From Malacoraja senta (lineage: Eukaryota), in assembly GCA_038087875.1 (NCBI GenBank), contig JAXLNO010000831.1, forward strand, positions 62,001 to 126,000: a stretch of DNA of 64,000 nt, read 5' to 3'. This document shows positions 1 to 10,637 of this stretch, in pieces. The translations under genes and the position numbers were made by a program. The notes below the pieces were generated by a model. The model did no database searches and was not told where the DNA came from. It saw only the letters and a list, made by a program, of their open reading frames with translations. The first letter of the stretch is position 1, and each line of letters opens with the position of its first letter.

Positions 1-49
1 CCGCCGAGAACACATCCCGGCGGGCCAGTGAAATCAAGGACAGACCCGG

Positions 50-2180
50 CAGCCGCTGAGAACAAAGATGGACTCGGCCGGTCGCCTGCAGCCATATGTG
101 GCGGCAGGTTTGGTTCGCCGGTGTGAAGAGCAACCCGGTGGAAGCTGCTGAGCTTGGCCCCGAAACCCGGAGAGTCGTGGAGGAGGGAGCCGCTGCCGCC
201 GCTGGGCGCAAGGAGTGGGCCGCTAAGAGAGGGACTGAGGTATTACCTCCAGGAGAGGAGTTGCCTCCCGGGACACAGAGCCAGTTGGGCGACGAGAGGG
301 ACGTCTGTTGGCGGGCCGAGCTGGTCGAGGGTGACGGAGGAGGCCCCCCCAATAGCCTGGGGTTTAACTGAGCTAACCTGGATCGGGGGCGCTCCAGTAA
401 ATCCAACATACGGACCGGACATTGGACTTTTTGTTTTTCTTTTGTAAATACTGCCAAATTATGGCGACGGGAGCAAGAATTTCACTGTGCAGTGCATAAG
501 TGACAATAAAGAATCATTGACACATTGAAGTCAGAATCAATAGTGTAGAAGTGCGAGTGCTGAAGTGGGAATGGTGAAGAACTTCAAATTCCTCGGCATG
601 AACAACCTGTTGCATTTTAGTCACTGGGGCAGAACTTTGAAAATAATGGACGTTTAACAATCCATCTGCAGCACTGATTAGAAACGTAGAAAGCAGATGC
701 AGGAGTAGGTCATTAGGCCCTTCAAGCCAGCACCGTCATTCAATATGATCATGGCTGAGCATCCAGAATCAGTACCCTGTTCCTGCTTTCTCCCCATATT
801 CCTTGATTCTGTAGCCCTAAGATCTAACTCTCTCTTGAATACATCCAGTGAATTGGTCTCCACTGCCTTCTGTGGCAGAGAATTCCACAGATTCACAACT
901 TTCTGGGTGAAAATGTTTTTCCTCATCTCAGTCCTAAATGGCCTACCCTTTATTCATAAACTGTGACCCCTGGTTCTGGACTCCCCCAATATCGGGAACA
1001 TTGTTCCTGCATCTAACTGTCCAATCCCTAAAGAATTTTATGTGCGTCTATAAGATCCCATGTCATCCTAAATTCCAATGAATATAAGCCCAGTCAGTCC
1101 ATTCTTTCATCATATGTCAGTCCCGCCATAAATATTTTACTTTTTTATGAACAATATCCTTGATTTTATTGCTTTAAAAAAAAAATTCTGTTCCAGTCCC
1201 ACCACAAAGATTTTTGCTGTATAATTGTTTGGCTCCTTTCCACCTTCAATCAATTGAAAGCCAGAGTGGTAAAGAAGCCACTATTCATAGCATTGAGTAT
1301 AAGAGTCAGGAAGTCATATGCTGCTTTATGGAACTTCAAAGATAGACACAAAATGCTGGAGTAATTAGCGGGACAGGCAGCATCTCTGGATAGAAGGAAT
1401 GGCTGACATTTCTGGTTGAGTCCCTTCAGGCTGAAGAGGAAAGGGAGACACGGAGATAAGGAAGTGTAAGGTATGAAGGAATAACATCAAAGAAGATGTA
1501 GTTCAAAGAAAATGTAGAATAGATCATTGTTAGCTAGGAGAAGGTGGAACGAAGCACGCAGAGATAAATTTTAATTGGGGACAGTCAGACTGGTTGGAAA
1601 ATAGAACTTGAGATAGGCTACTTTTAGAATATTATGGGCATTTCTGGTTGCCCCAATGCAGGATGAATTTGGAAGCATGGAATTAGTGCAGAGGTGGTTT
1701 GACAGAATAAGGACTGGGAAATTATTACACGTGCATTGTCCAATTATTATTACTTAAGCAATAACAGTAAAGTGGAATAAAGACAGACACAAAAATGTTA
1801 GATAGAGCTCTAGGGGCTGGTGCAATCAAGGGATATGGGGAGAAGGCAGGTACGGGTTATTGATAGGGGACGATCAGCCATGTTCACAATGAATGGCGGT
1901 GCTGGCTCGAAGGGCCGAATGGCCTCCTCCTGCACCTATTTTCTATGCTTCTAAAAAGCTGGAGTAACTCAGCAGGTCAGACAGCACTTCTGGGAAAAAG
2001 GAAAAGGTGACGATTTGTGTCGAGACCCTTCCCGAAATGTCACCTCCTTTTCCCCAGAGATGCTGCCTGACCCGCTGAGTTACTCCAGCTTTTTGCATCT
2101 GCCTACAGTAAAACAAGCATCTGCAGTTCCTTCCTACACAGTAAAGTAGACTGTCTCGTTTATCTAAAACTGCAGTTTGT
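50..2180 (+). repeat. Duplicated block, copy 1 (paralogous to 28236-30720)
   Basis: Same order and orientation of Rex-like, CR1 and Penelope fragments with shared junctions; roughly 90% identical by eye. Confidence 0.9.
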
Positions 2181-2260
2181 GTTTATTGACACATTGCAAG
2201 TGAAAGTACTGAATTGATGGAACGTAGAGCAAGACATGCCCCAAATTTCATTACTATATA

Positions 2261-3302
2261 TAGCAATGTTACAAAATTTTGATATTTAAAAAATAAAGTC
2301 TGCAATTTATCCCATCAGATAAAGCATAAAAAGAAGTTTAATTTGACACCTAATTCACTTTCATATCTTCAGTATTAAACAAGTTATGGCCATTTTCATA
2401 CTCGGAAATTAGCATCTTGTTCGCTATTGCTTTTCCATTGACTTAACACAAAAGCTGTGATCGAGGACAGTCAAAAGCCCATAACTTTCTTAAAAATTAA
2501 GAGAACTGAAAGAAATTTTCAGTTATTATAGATTGAAGCATTCTGAAACAAATATGAAACAATCTTACTTAGAAGACATGAAATTAAAGCATTTAATTAG
2601 TTAGTTACCTAATTGTAGCTGATTACAAAATTCAATTACTAGATCTAAACATCTATCAATTTCTTAAGAATAGATTAACATTTTTAAATAGCCTAAGTGT
2701 CCAAATAACATTCACACAATAATTCACAATATAACATAATTTTTAAATCTCATTGTCATGAATTTACAGGCCAAATGGAAGGAATTGAATGTTTAATACC
2801 TGTAAATTAATGTCCATTTAAATCATCTTGTGAGTGAGGATTTCTGGAACGCGATCTTTTGGAACGTTCATTTGCGGTGAATTTAACCCCGTATCGGCAT
2901 GAAAAATACTGCCGTTAGTTCGGGGAATAAAATCACCGTTTCGCATGAAAAAATGTGAATTAAAGGCTTCTTAAGAAGCACTTTTATACATTTAAAGAAA
3001 CCACTTTCGTTTACCTGTCCCGTGTGTGAAATCCGTCCCCGTTATCGGCGTTGACGGCTTCAGGAGCTGGTTTTAAAATGACTCCAGGGCTGACATTGTC
3101 GATTTAATAAAAATAAAAAATTCACAAAATGCCCCTAGGAACAATTTGTCAGCAAACGCTTGCACTCCAACGAAATATAATTCAGCACAAGGTAGGAGAA
3201 ACCCGTGTTTTAAGCCCCCCCCTCCTTAAAGGCGCCTAAATCGCGCACACGGCCAGTGGCAGAATTACAGCGCCATTGAAGGTAAGTATTGTAACATACC
3301 TA
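2261..3302. mobile_element. Non-autonomous DNA transposon/MITE with imperfect 14-bp TIRs
   Basis: Starts TAGCAATGTTACAA, ends TTGTAACATACCTA; CTATATA on both flanks (low complexity); no ORF. Confidence 0.45.
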
Positions 3303-3309
3303 CTATATA

Positions 3310-4129
3310 TCTATATAATTAAAAGTCTCATCTTGACCACTTCCTGTTTGCACTGCAAATTGATTTTAGAAAAAACGCTACCACTTACAGTTGTGATTTT
3401 TAGTCATCTTACTCAGAGTCCCCCTCCGCTGCACAGGGCAAGAGGATTTTTCCCATCGATGACAAATAAAAGAGTTATTTGTGTTTAAAAAATGTTGAGA
3501 TTCTCTCTCCTGTCAATCACTGCCATGAAGGCCACGCCCCTTCTGGTGGGAGGGGGAGGGACTATAAAACCCGGAACTGTGGGAGTGGCTCAGTCTCTGC
3601 AAGATGGGGGAGGGAGAGGTCACCTTGGTGGCCTTGCACCCTGCTTGAAATCATAGGAAACTGCATTTGAATTTGGTGGCCTTGCACCCTGCTTGAAATG
3701 GTAGGAAACTGCATTTGAATTTGGTGGCCTTGCACCCTGCTTGAAATGGTAGGAAACTGCATTTGAATTTGGTGGCCTTGCTCTCTGCTGGAAATGGTAG
3801 GAAACTTAATTTTAATTTGGTAGCCTGCACTCTGCTTGAAATGGAATTTAAAGGAATAGCCTTGAGTCAACTGCCAGTCCACCAGCCGTGATTGAGTGAG
3901 CTGCCAGCACACCAGGCTTGAGTGACTGAGCTGCCAGCCCAAGAATCCATTCGGCCCACAATGTCCATACTAGCCCTCTGAAAACCAGTCCCTTCAGCCC
4001 ACAACACCCAGAAAGCCCCCCCCCCCCCACTGGCCACCAATATTGGAATTGGTGGAGAGGTGGAATATTGCGTTGGGGTACCAGCCCTCCCGTGTGAACA
4101 TGGGACCCAACGGGTCCCACTTAGTCTAG
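3310..4129 (+). mobile_element. Non-autonomous Helitron (820 bp)
   Basis: A|TCTATATAATT 5' end, CTAG|T 3' end, GGGACCC-AAC-GGGTCCC hairpin 7 nt before CTAG, no TSD. Confidence 0.8.
3625..3845. repeat. 48-bp minisatellite (about 4.6 copies) inside the Helitron
   Basis: Unit TTGGTGGCCTTGCACCCTGCTTGAAATGGTAGGAAACTGCATTTGAAT; explains the 16-aa repeat ORF 3562-3942. Confidence 0.95.
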
Positions 4130-4207
4130 TATTATCAATAAATTACATTTCTGAAATACAATGATGTGTTCCAGAGTTAGAGCCACTGGCTGCTTGCATG
4201 CTTGTAC

Positions 4208-4418
4208 CTTAATAATCCCTACTCTGACAGCTGCCGAGTGTGTCTCCATTGCCGGACCAGGATAAAGTGAAGCATCTGAGAGGATCTTCTTCTCCAAGCC
4301 AGCGAGGAGGGCCTCGAGTTCCTTGCGATGCACCAGCTGTGCTCTCAGTGGTTCCCATGTGCTGTCTTGTGATGAACCGAAGAGCAGCTTGTGGACGTGG
4401 GAGCAACGCCGTCCCCTT
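4208..4418 (-). CDS. SUN1/SUN2-like exon (coiled coil preceding the SUN domain)
   Basis: tttag| acceptor, AAG|GTACAA donor, 211 nt open; HVHKLLFGSSQ...LVHRKELEALLAGLEKKIL resembles SUN1 MVKLLF...FVSKGDLQTMLRDLQLQIL and SUN2 LLQREEMQAQLRELESKIL (recalled from memory, not searched). Confidence 0.6.
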
Positions 4419-5274
4419 CTAAACACACAATATCTGGATAGTCAGTGCTCCTCCTTGTAGACATTGAAATCAATGCAAAGCAGTATCTTTGTCATCTTAA
4501 AAAAATTATTATTTTACATTTGTTCATCCTTTGGCGTTCATCATTATAGCTGAAAGGATACCGAACTGTGGTGGGGAACAGAAAGATCTTGGAGAGCTTG
4601 TTGTGTAGGAAGGAAATGCAGATGCTGGTTTACACTGAAGATAGACACAAAATGCTGAAGTTACTCAGCGGACCAGGCAGCATCTAATGCTCCAGAGAAC
4701 CTGTCCATCCTGCTGAGTTACTCCAGCATTTTGTGTCTATCTTTGGAGAGCTTGTTGTGGGATCTTTGAAGGTAGTGGGACAGTCATCTTGGAACTGTGG
4801 AAAATGTTAGCTCAGCCGTACCTGTAACATTGTGTGGATTCTGGTTGCCTCCCTACAGGATTGATGGGAGTTAACTAGAGAGGCACAAGAAAGGTTTATG
4901 CCATTGGCAGGACTGGAGAAGAAAGGTTGCAAGGAGAGAGTCGTCAGGAACTGCAGCAGGTAGATTGTTTGAGTGGTTATAATATTATAGAAAAAAAGAC
5001 AAAATGCTGGAGTAACTCAGCGGGACAGGCAGCATCTCTGGGGAGAAAGAATGGATCATGTTTCGGATTGAGACCCTTCTTCAGAGTATGGTCAAGTGCA
5101 ATAGGGATCGATGTGAAAGGTGAGATGCGTAAGGAATTAAAAGTATTGTATATGAATGCGCGAAGTATAACAAGTAAAGTAGATGAGCTTGAGGCTCAGT
5201 TAGAGGTTGGTAGATTTGACATTGTGTGGTTTACAGAGACGTGGCTGCAGGAGGATCGGGCCTGGGAACTTCAA

Positions 5275-5727
5275 GTCAAGTCAAGTCAAGTGAGTTTATT
5301 GTCATGTGTCCCTGGTAGGACAATGAAATTCTTGCTTTGCTTGAGCACAACAGAACATAGTAGGCATTTACTACAAGGCATTCTATAAATATATACACAA
5401 TGGTCAATATACTGATAACGTGCAAATAACAGTATTGGCTAGTAAAGTTCAGTGTTATGTCCGAGCCAGGTTTAATAGCCTGATGGCTGTGGGGAAGTAG
5501 CTGTTCCTGAACCTGGTCGTTGCAGTCTTCAGGCTCCTGTACCTTCTACCTGAAGGTAGTAGGGAGATGAGTGTGTGGCCAGGATGGTGTGGGTCCTTGA
5601 TGATGCTGCCAGCCTTTTTGAGGCAGCGACTGTGGTAGATCCCCTCGATGGAAGGGAGGTCAGAGCCGCTGATGGACTGGGCAGTGTTTACTACTTTTTG
5701 TAGTCTTTTCCTCTCCAGGGCACTCGT
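5275..5727 (-). mobile_element. Rex1/Babar-like LINE 3' fragment inserted in CR1
   Basis: (TTGAC)n tail on minus strand; splits CR1 endonuclease between WEL and NIQG. Confidence 0.6.
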
Positions 5728-6289
5728 TGCCGAATTTCAGGGTTAATATTCAGGGTTATACATCCTATAGAAAGGACAGGCAGGTGGGCAGAGGAGGGTG
5801 GGTAGCTCTGCTGGTGAGGGATGGAATTCAGTCCCTTGCGAGGGAAGACATAGGGACTGACGAGGTAGAGTCACTGTGGATTGAGTTGAGGAATTGTAAA
5901 GGCAAGAAGACACTAATTGGTGTTATTTACAGACCCCCAAATAGTAGCCTGGATGTAGGGTGTAAGTTGCAGCAGGAGTTAAAACTGGCATGTAACAAAG
6001 GTAATGCCACTGTGGTGATGGGGGATTTCAATATGCAGGTAGACTGGGAAAATCAGGTTGGTTCAGGACCCCAAGAAAGAGAGTTTATAGAATGCCTCCG
6101 GGATGGATTCTTAGAGCAGCTTGTAATGGAGCCGACCAGAGAAAAGGCAATTCTGGATTTAGTGTTGTCCAATGAACCAGATATGATAAGAGAACTCGAG
6201 ATAAAGGAACCGCTTGGAGGTAGTGATCATAATATGATTAGTTTTAACCTGCAATTTGAGAAGGAGAACGTTAAATCGGAAGTGGCAGT

Positions 6290-9200
6290 TGTAGATCAGT
6301 GCATGTTCCTTTAACATAATGACCTTACCACTACTAACCACTCCCCATTATCTTCAGTATAATTGTAACCTTCCCACCCCCAGCTCCCTCTCTAGCTCTG
6401 GTAACGGACCACGAACAGCTAGGGCAATATGTGTGTATACGACTACAATGTATGCAATAAACTAAGAGTGAAGACATTGCGTGTTTGACAAGTCTTTACA
6501 TGGTGTCAGAAGTGGGACACCTTCATTGCATCGTTGCGTCACCTGGCTCGGCGTTGCCGCCTGGACGCGTTAACCCCTGACCAAATGGTCAGAGATGTCC
6601 TAGTTCACGGTCTACAGGACGTGAAGCTACGGGCAGAGCTTCTGAGGAAGCCAGACCTCACTTTAATCGAGGCTTTGCATGCCTCTCGCATGGCTGCTGC
6701 TGTCGACTCCGTATCTCCCCCTGAGGCTCAGGACATTCATTATGCCGGTACTGCTGAACGCCCGCGGCACGATGGCCCGCCACGCCAGCGTAGCACTCCC
6801 GCGCCCGCGAGGGACAACCCTCGTCGATGCCCAAACTGCAACTTCGTCAGTCATCAATTTAATGTTTGCCCTGTGCTGGGAAAGACTTGTAATTTCTGTA
6901 AGAAGCTTAATCACTTCTCCGCAGTGTGCCGTTCCAGGGGCCAGCCTGTCCCTGCTCAGAGAAGGAGTCTACACAACCTGACTGTGACTGATAGTGTTTA
7001 TGGCTCCCAATACCTTTCAGACGAACTCCCTGATTCTGATACCAGTTCCTCCCAGGATGAATCGCTTGTTTTTTCAGTCTTGGGTGCACATGCTTTGATA
7101 GCTGATCCATCAGTTCGAGTTACTGTGAATCGAAAGACCTTATCTGCGAAGGTAGACACGGGGGCGTTTGCAAATGTTATGGCGTTAAGCCTCTTTCAGC
7201 AGATAAGATCTGGTGAGAAGGTTACTGCTGACGACTCCGGTCTCCACGCATATGGGGGGAGTGTGCTAGTTCCAGTCGGCAAGGCAACCCTTATCTGCAC
7301 AGTTCTCAAGGCCACTCGGCCCCTCTCTTTCCTCCTGCTGGAATCTGAGAATATTACTCTGTTGGGCGCCAGTGCGTGCCAGGACCTCGGTTTGGTTTCC
7401 TTCCACCGCGATATCCACCTGGTGCAGACCCCCATGGATCCCATGTGCGAGTACCCCGACCGTTTTCACGATGTATTTGGCAAACTACCCTGCAAGTACG
7501 AAATCGAGGTGGACCCGGAGGTCCATCCGGTAGTCCGCCCGGCTCACCGCGTCTCCTTTGCTATGAAGGACAGGGTGGAGTCGACTCTGCGCCAGGTGGT
7601 GGCCGTGGGCATCATCAAGGAGGTGAGTGATCCCACCCGGTGGGTCTCCACCATGGTCGTTGCTTCCAAGAAGGACAAGAGTGAGATTCGGATCTGTATA
7701 AACCCTAAGGACCTAAACCTTGCCATCAAACGCCCGCACTACCCCATGCGAACGGTGGAGGATGTCGCTGCACAGGTTGGCCCAGCCACTGTATTCTCTG
7801 TCCTCGATGCCAAGAGCTCTTTCTGGCAGATTCCACTGGATGAACGTTCATCTTTCTTGACCACGTTTGGTACACCTTTCGGCAGGTTCCGTTTCCTCCG
7901 CATGCCTTTCGGGATCAATTCTGCCAGCGAGGTTTTCCAGCGCACCATGGAGCAGCTGTTTGCCCATCTGCCGTGTGCTATCATCGTCGATGACATCTTA
8001 GTGTACGGAAGAGACGTCGCTGAGCACGACCTCCACCTCCGCCAAGTCCTGGATCGGGCTCGTGAGATCAACCTCAAACTGAACCCCAAGAAGTGCCGCT
8101 TCCGCGTCCCGGACGTCATCTACGTGGGCCAAGTTTTTACGGCTGAGGGTCTGAAACCAGACCCACAGAAGACAGCTGCGGTCTCTGGGATGCCAGCTCC
8201 GGTCAACGTGCCCAGCCTGCAGCGCTTCTTGGGCATGGTGAACTACCTGGGGAAATTCATTCCCGACCTCAGCGAGCTGAGTGCGCCCCTGAGGGAACTG
8301 ACCAAGAAGGACACTGCCTGGGTTTGCTACCCGCTGCATCAGGCAGCCTTCGATGACCTAAAGTCCCGGCTGGTTCGCACCCCCACTCTAAAGTTCTTCG
8401 ACTTAAAGCGCCCCATCGTCCTTACCTGCGATGCCTCAAGTTTTGGTCTCGGTGCCGCCTGCCTGCAAATCTACGACCGCCTGCAACTACCTGTCTCCTA
8501 TGCCTCCCGCACTATGACCCCTACCGAGCAACGCTACGCTCAGATCGAGAAGGAGCTCCTTGCCGTGGTGTTTGCCTGCTCGAAGTTCAAGGACTACATT
8601 CTAGGTAACACTTTCACTATTGAAACCGACCACCAGCCGCTGGTCACGATCTTGAACAAACCGATCCACGTGGCTTCTTCCCGTTTGCAGCGTATGATGC
8701 TGCAGCTCCAACGCTTCACGTTTCAAATCGTGTACCGAAAGGGCAAGGACATGTTTGTGGCCGACACGCTGTCCCGCGCACCGCTGGCGTCTACTGCCCG
8801 CCACCCGTACGATTCATCCGACCTGATGGTACTAAACGTTAACTTTGTGCCTTCCCAGCAGATGCAGTCCCTGATTCACCACACTGCCAATGATCCTGCC
8901 CTGCAACAGCTTGTAGACGTCATCCGTCGTGGCTGGCCTGACCGTCGCTCATCCTTGCCGGCTGGTGCTGCGCCCTACTTCCTAGTCTGGGATGAACTTG
9001 TGCTGCATGCCGGCGTGGTGGTGAAGGGCCACAAGGTTGTGGTGCCTGCTGCACTGCGGGACCACCATTTCCAAACTGCCCACAGCGGCCAACCCGGATC
9101 CGATGCCACCCTGTCCCAGGCCCAGAGCCAATTTTATTGACCCGGCATGGCACAGGACATCCGGGATAGGGTCTCCGCCTGCTCAACCTGCAATACCCTC

Positions 9201-10637
9201 TCTCCCCACCAGCAACGCCAGCCACTCCTGCAACAGCCTGCCCCCGCCCTGGCGTGGATGGCGGTCGCTACGGACATATTTGAGTGGCGTGGCAAACATT
9301 TCCTGGTCCTTGTCGACTCCTACTCCAGCTGGTTCGAGGTGGAGCGTCTGCACTCCCTCACTTCTGCTGCTGTCATCGGGAAGCTGAAACGCAACTTTGG
9401 GACCTTTGGCATTCCTGTGACTGTGCAGTCTGACAATGGGGGCCAGTTCTCGAGTGCTGAGTTCCGCGCCTTCGCTGCCGCCTATAACTTTCGCCACATC
9501 ACCAGCAGCCCTGAATACCCGCAGAGCAACGGCCTTGCAGAGCGCGCCGTCCGCAGTGCCAAGGAGCTGTTGGAGCATTGTAGACTATCGCATTCGGATT
9601 TTTATCTGGCACTACTGAATCTCCGAAATATTTGTCGCGACCATGCCCTAGGCTCGCCTGCTCAGCGGCTCATGTCCCGCACCACACGCCCTCCGATCCC
9701 TGTCTCCCAGCGATCCCTACAGCCCGCAGTCCGCAGCCCTGCTGCTGTCCAGGAGCGCATTGCCCAGAAACAGGCCGTCCAGAAGCGCTCCCACGACAAA
9801 TCATGCCGTCCCCTTCAGCCCCTCTTCAACGGCCAGGTCGTCCGGATGCAGTCCCCCTCCGGACACCACCAACTGGCTGTTGTCATCGACTTTGCTGACT
9901 CTCCGCGCTCTTACCTAGTTGACTACGAGGGCACCATCTACCGCCAGTCCCGGCAGCATTTGCTGCCGGTTAACGAGCCCGCTCCGCCTCCCGCAGCCAC
10001 TTTTGCTCCCCCGGTTGCTACCTCTTTGCCTACCGCTCCTCCCATGCCCAGGACTCTGCCCTCTCATCCCTTGGTGCCCCATTCTCCCACTGCTCCTCCT
10101 GGCCCCCCCATCATACCTCTCCCGCTCGCGTGCCCGCTGCGGTGCCCGTTTCTCCTCCCCGGTCTCCTCGTCCTCCCTCTCCTGCTCATTCTCCTGTCAT
10201 CTCCCCCAGCACGCCTCCTGCTCCTGTACCTGCTCTTCCTTCGGAGGGGGGGAGAGGTGGGCTGCGTAACCCCTCCGGGCATCTGGTCAAGCCGCCTGAG
10301 CGTTACGGGGAGTTTGCTTGAATGTTTCAAGTTTTTTCCTGACGATGTACGCGCGGGTTTGTGTCTAGCATATGAGTCGTGGTCTCACTGACATCATTGT
10401 AATGTTTCCCTTTCCAAGGGGAAGGATGTAGATCAGTGCATGTTCCTTTAACATAATGACCTCACCACTACTAACCACTCCCCATTATCTTCAGTATAAT
10501 TGTAACCATCCCACCCCCAGCTCCCTCTCTAGCTCCGTTAACGGACCACGAACAGCTAGGGCAATATGTGTGTATACGACTACAATGTATGCAATAAACT
10601 AAGAGTGAAGACATTGCGTGTTTGACAAGTCTTTACA
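6290..10637 (+). mobile_element. Gypsy LTR retrotransposon with both LTRs and 5-bp TSD GCAGT
   Basis: 211-bp TG..CA LTRs (6290-6500, 10427-10637; 4 differences), PBS TGGTGTCAGAAGTGGGA matching tRNA-Leu 3' end, PPT AAGGGGAAGGA. Confidence 0.97.
6516..10391 (+). pseudogene. Gypsy gag-pol: N-truncated gag (CCHC), PR (VDTGA), RT (IVDD), RNase H, integrase; one TGA at 9138-9140
   Basis: ORFs 6534-9140 and 9147-10391 are in the same frame; FY*PGM corresponds to YWP (TGG>TGA). Confidence 0.93.

Noticed and set aside
96-447. Repeated ORFs MWRQVWF.../MAPKPGE... (also 28100-28634)
   Set aside because: GC-rich 3' part of a Rex-like retroelement inside the duplicated block; no protein motifs.
3562-3942. 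Repeat protein ORF
   Set aside because: Translation of the 48-bp minisatellite in the Helitron.
9919-10330. Proline/arginine-rich ORFs
   Set aside because: Alternative frames of the low-complexity tail after the Gypsy integrase; no env or chromodomain seen.
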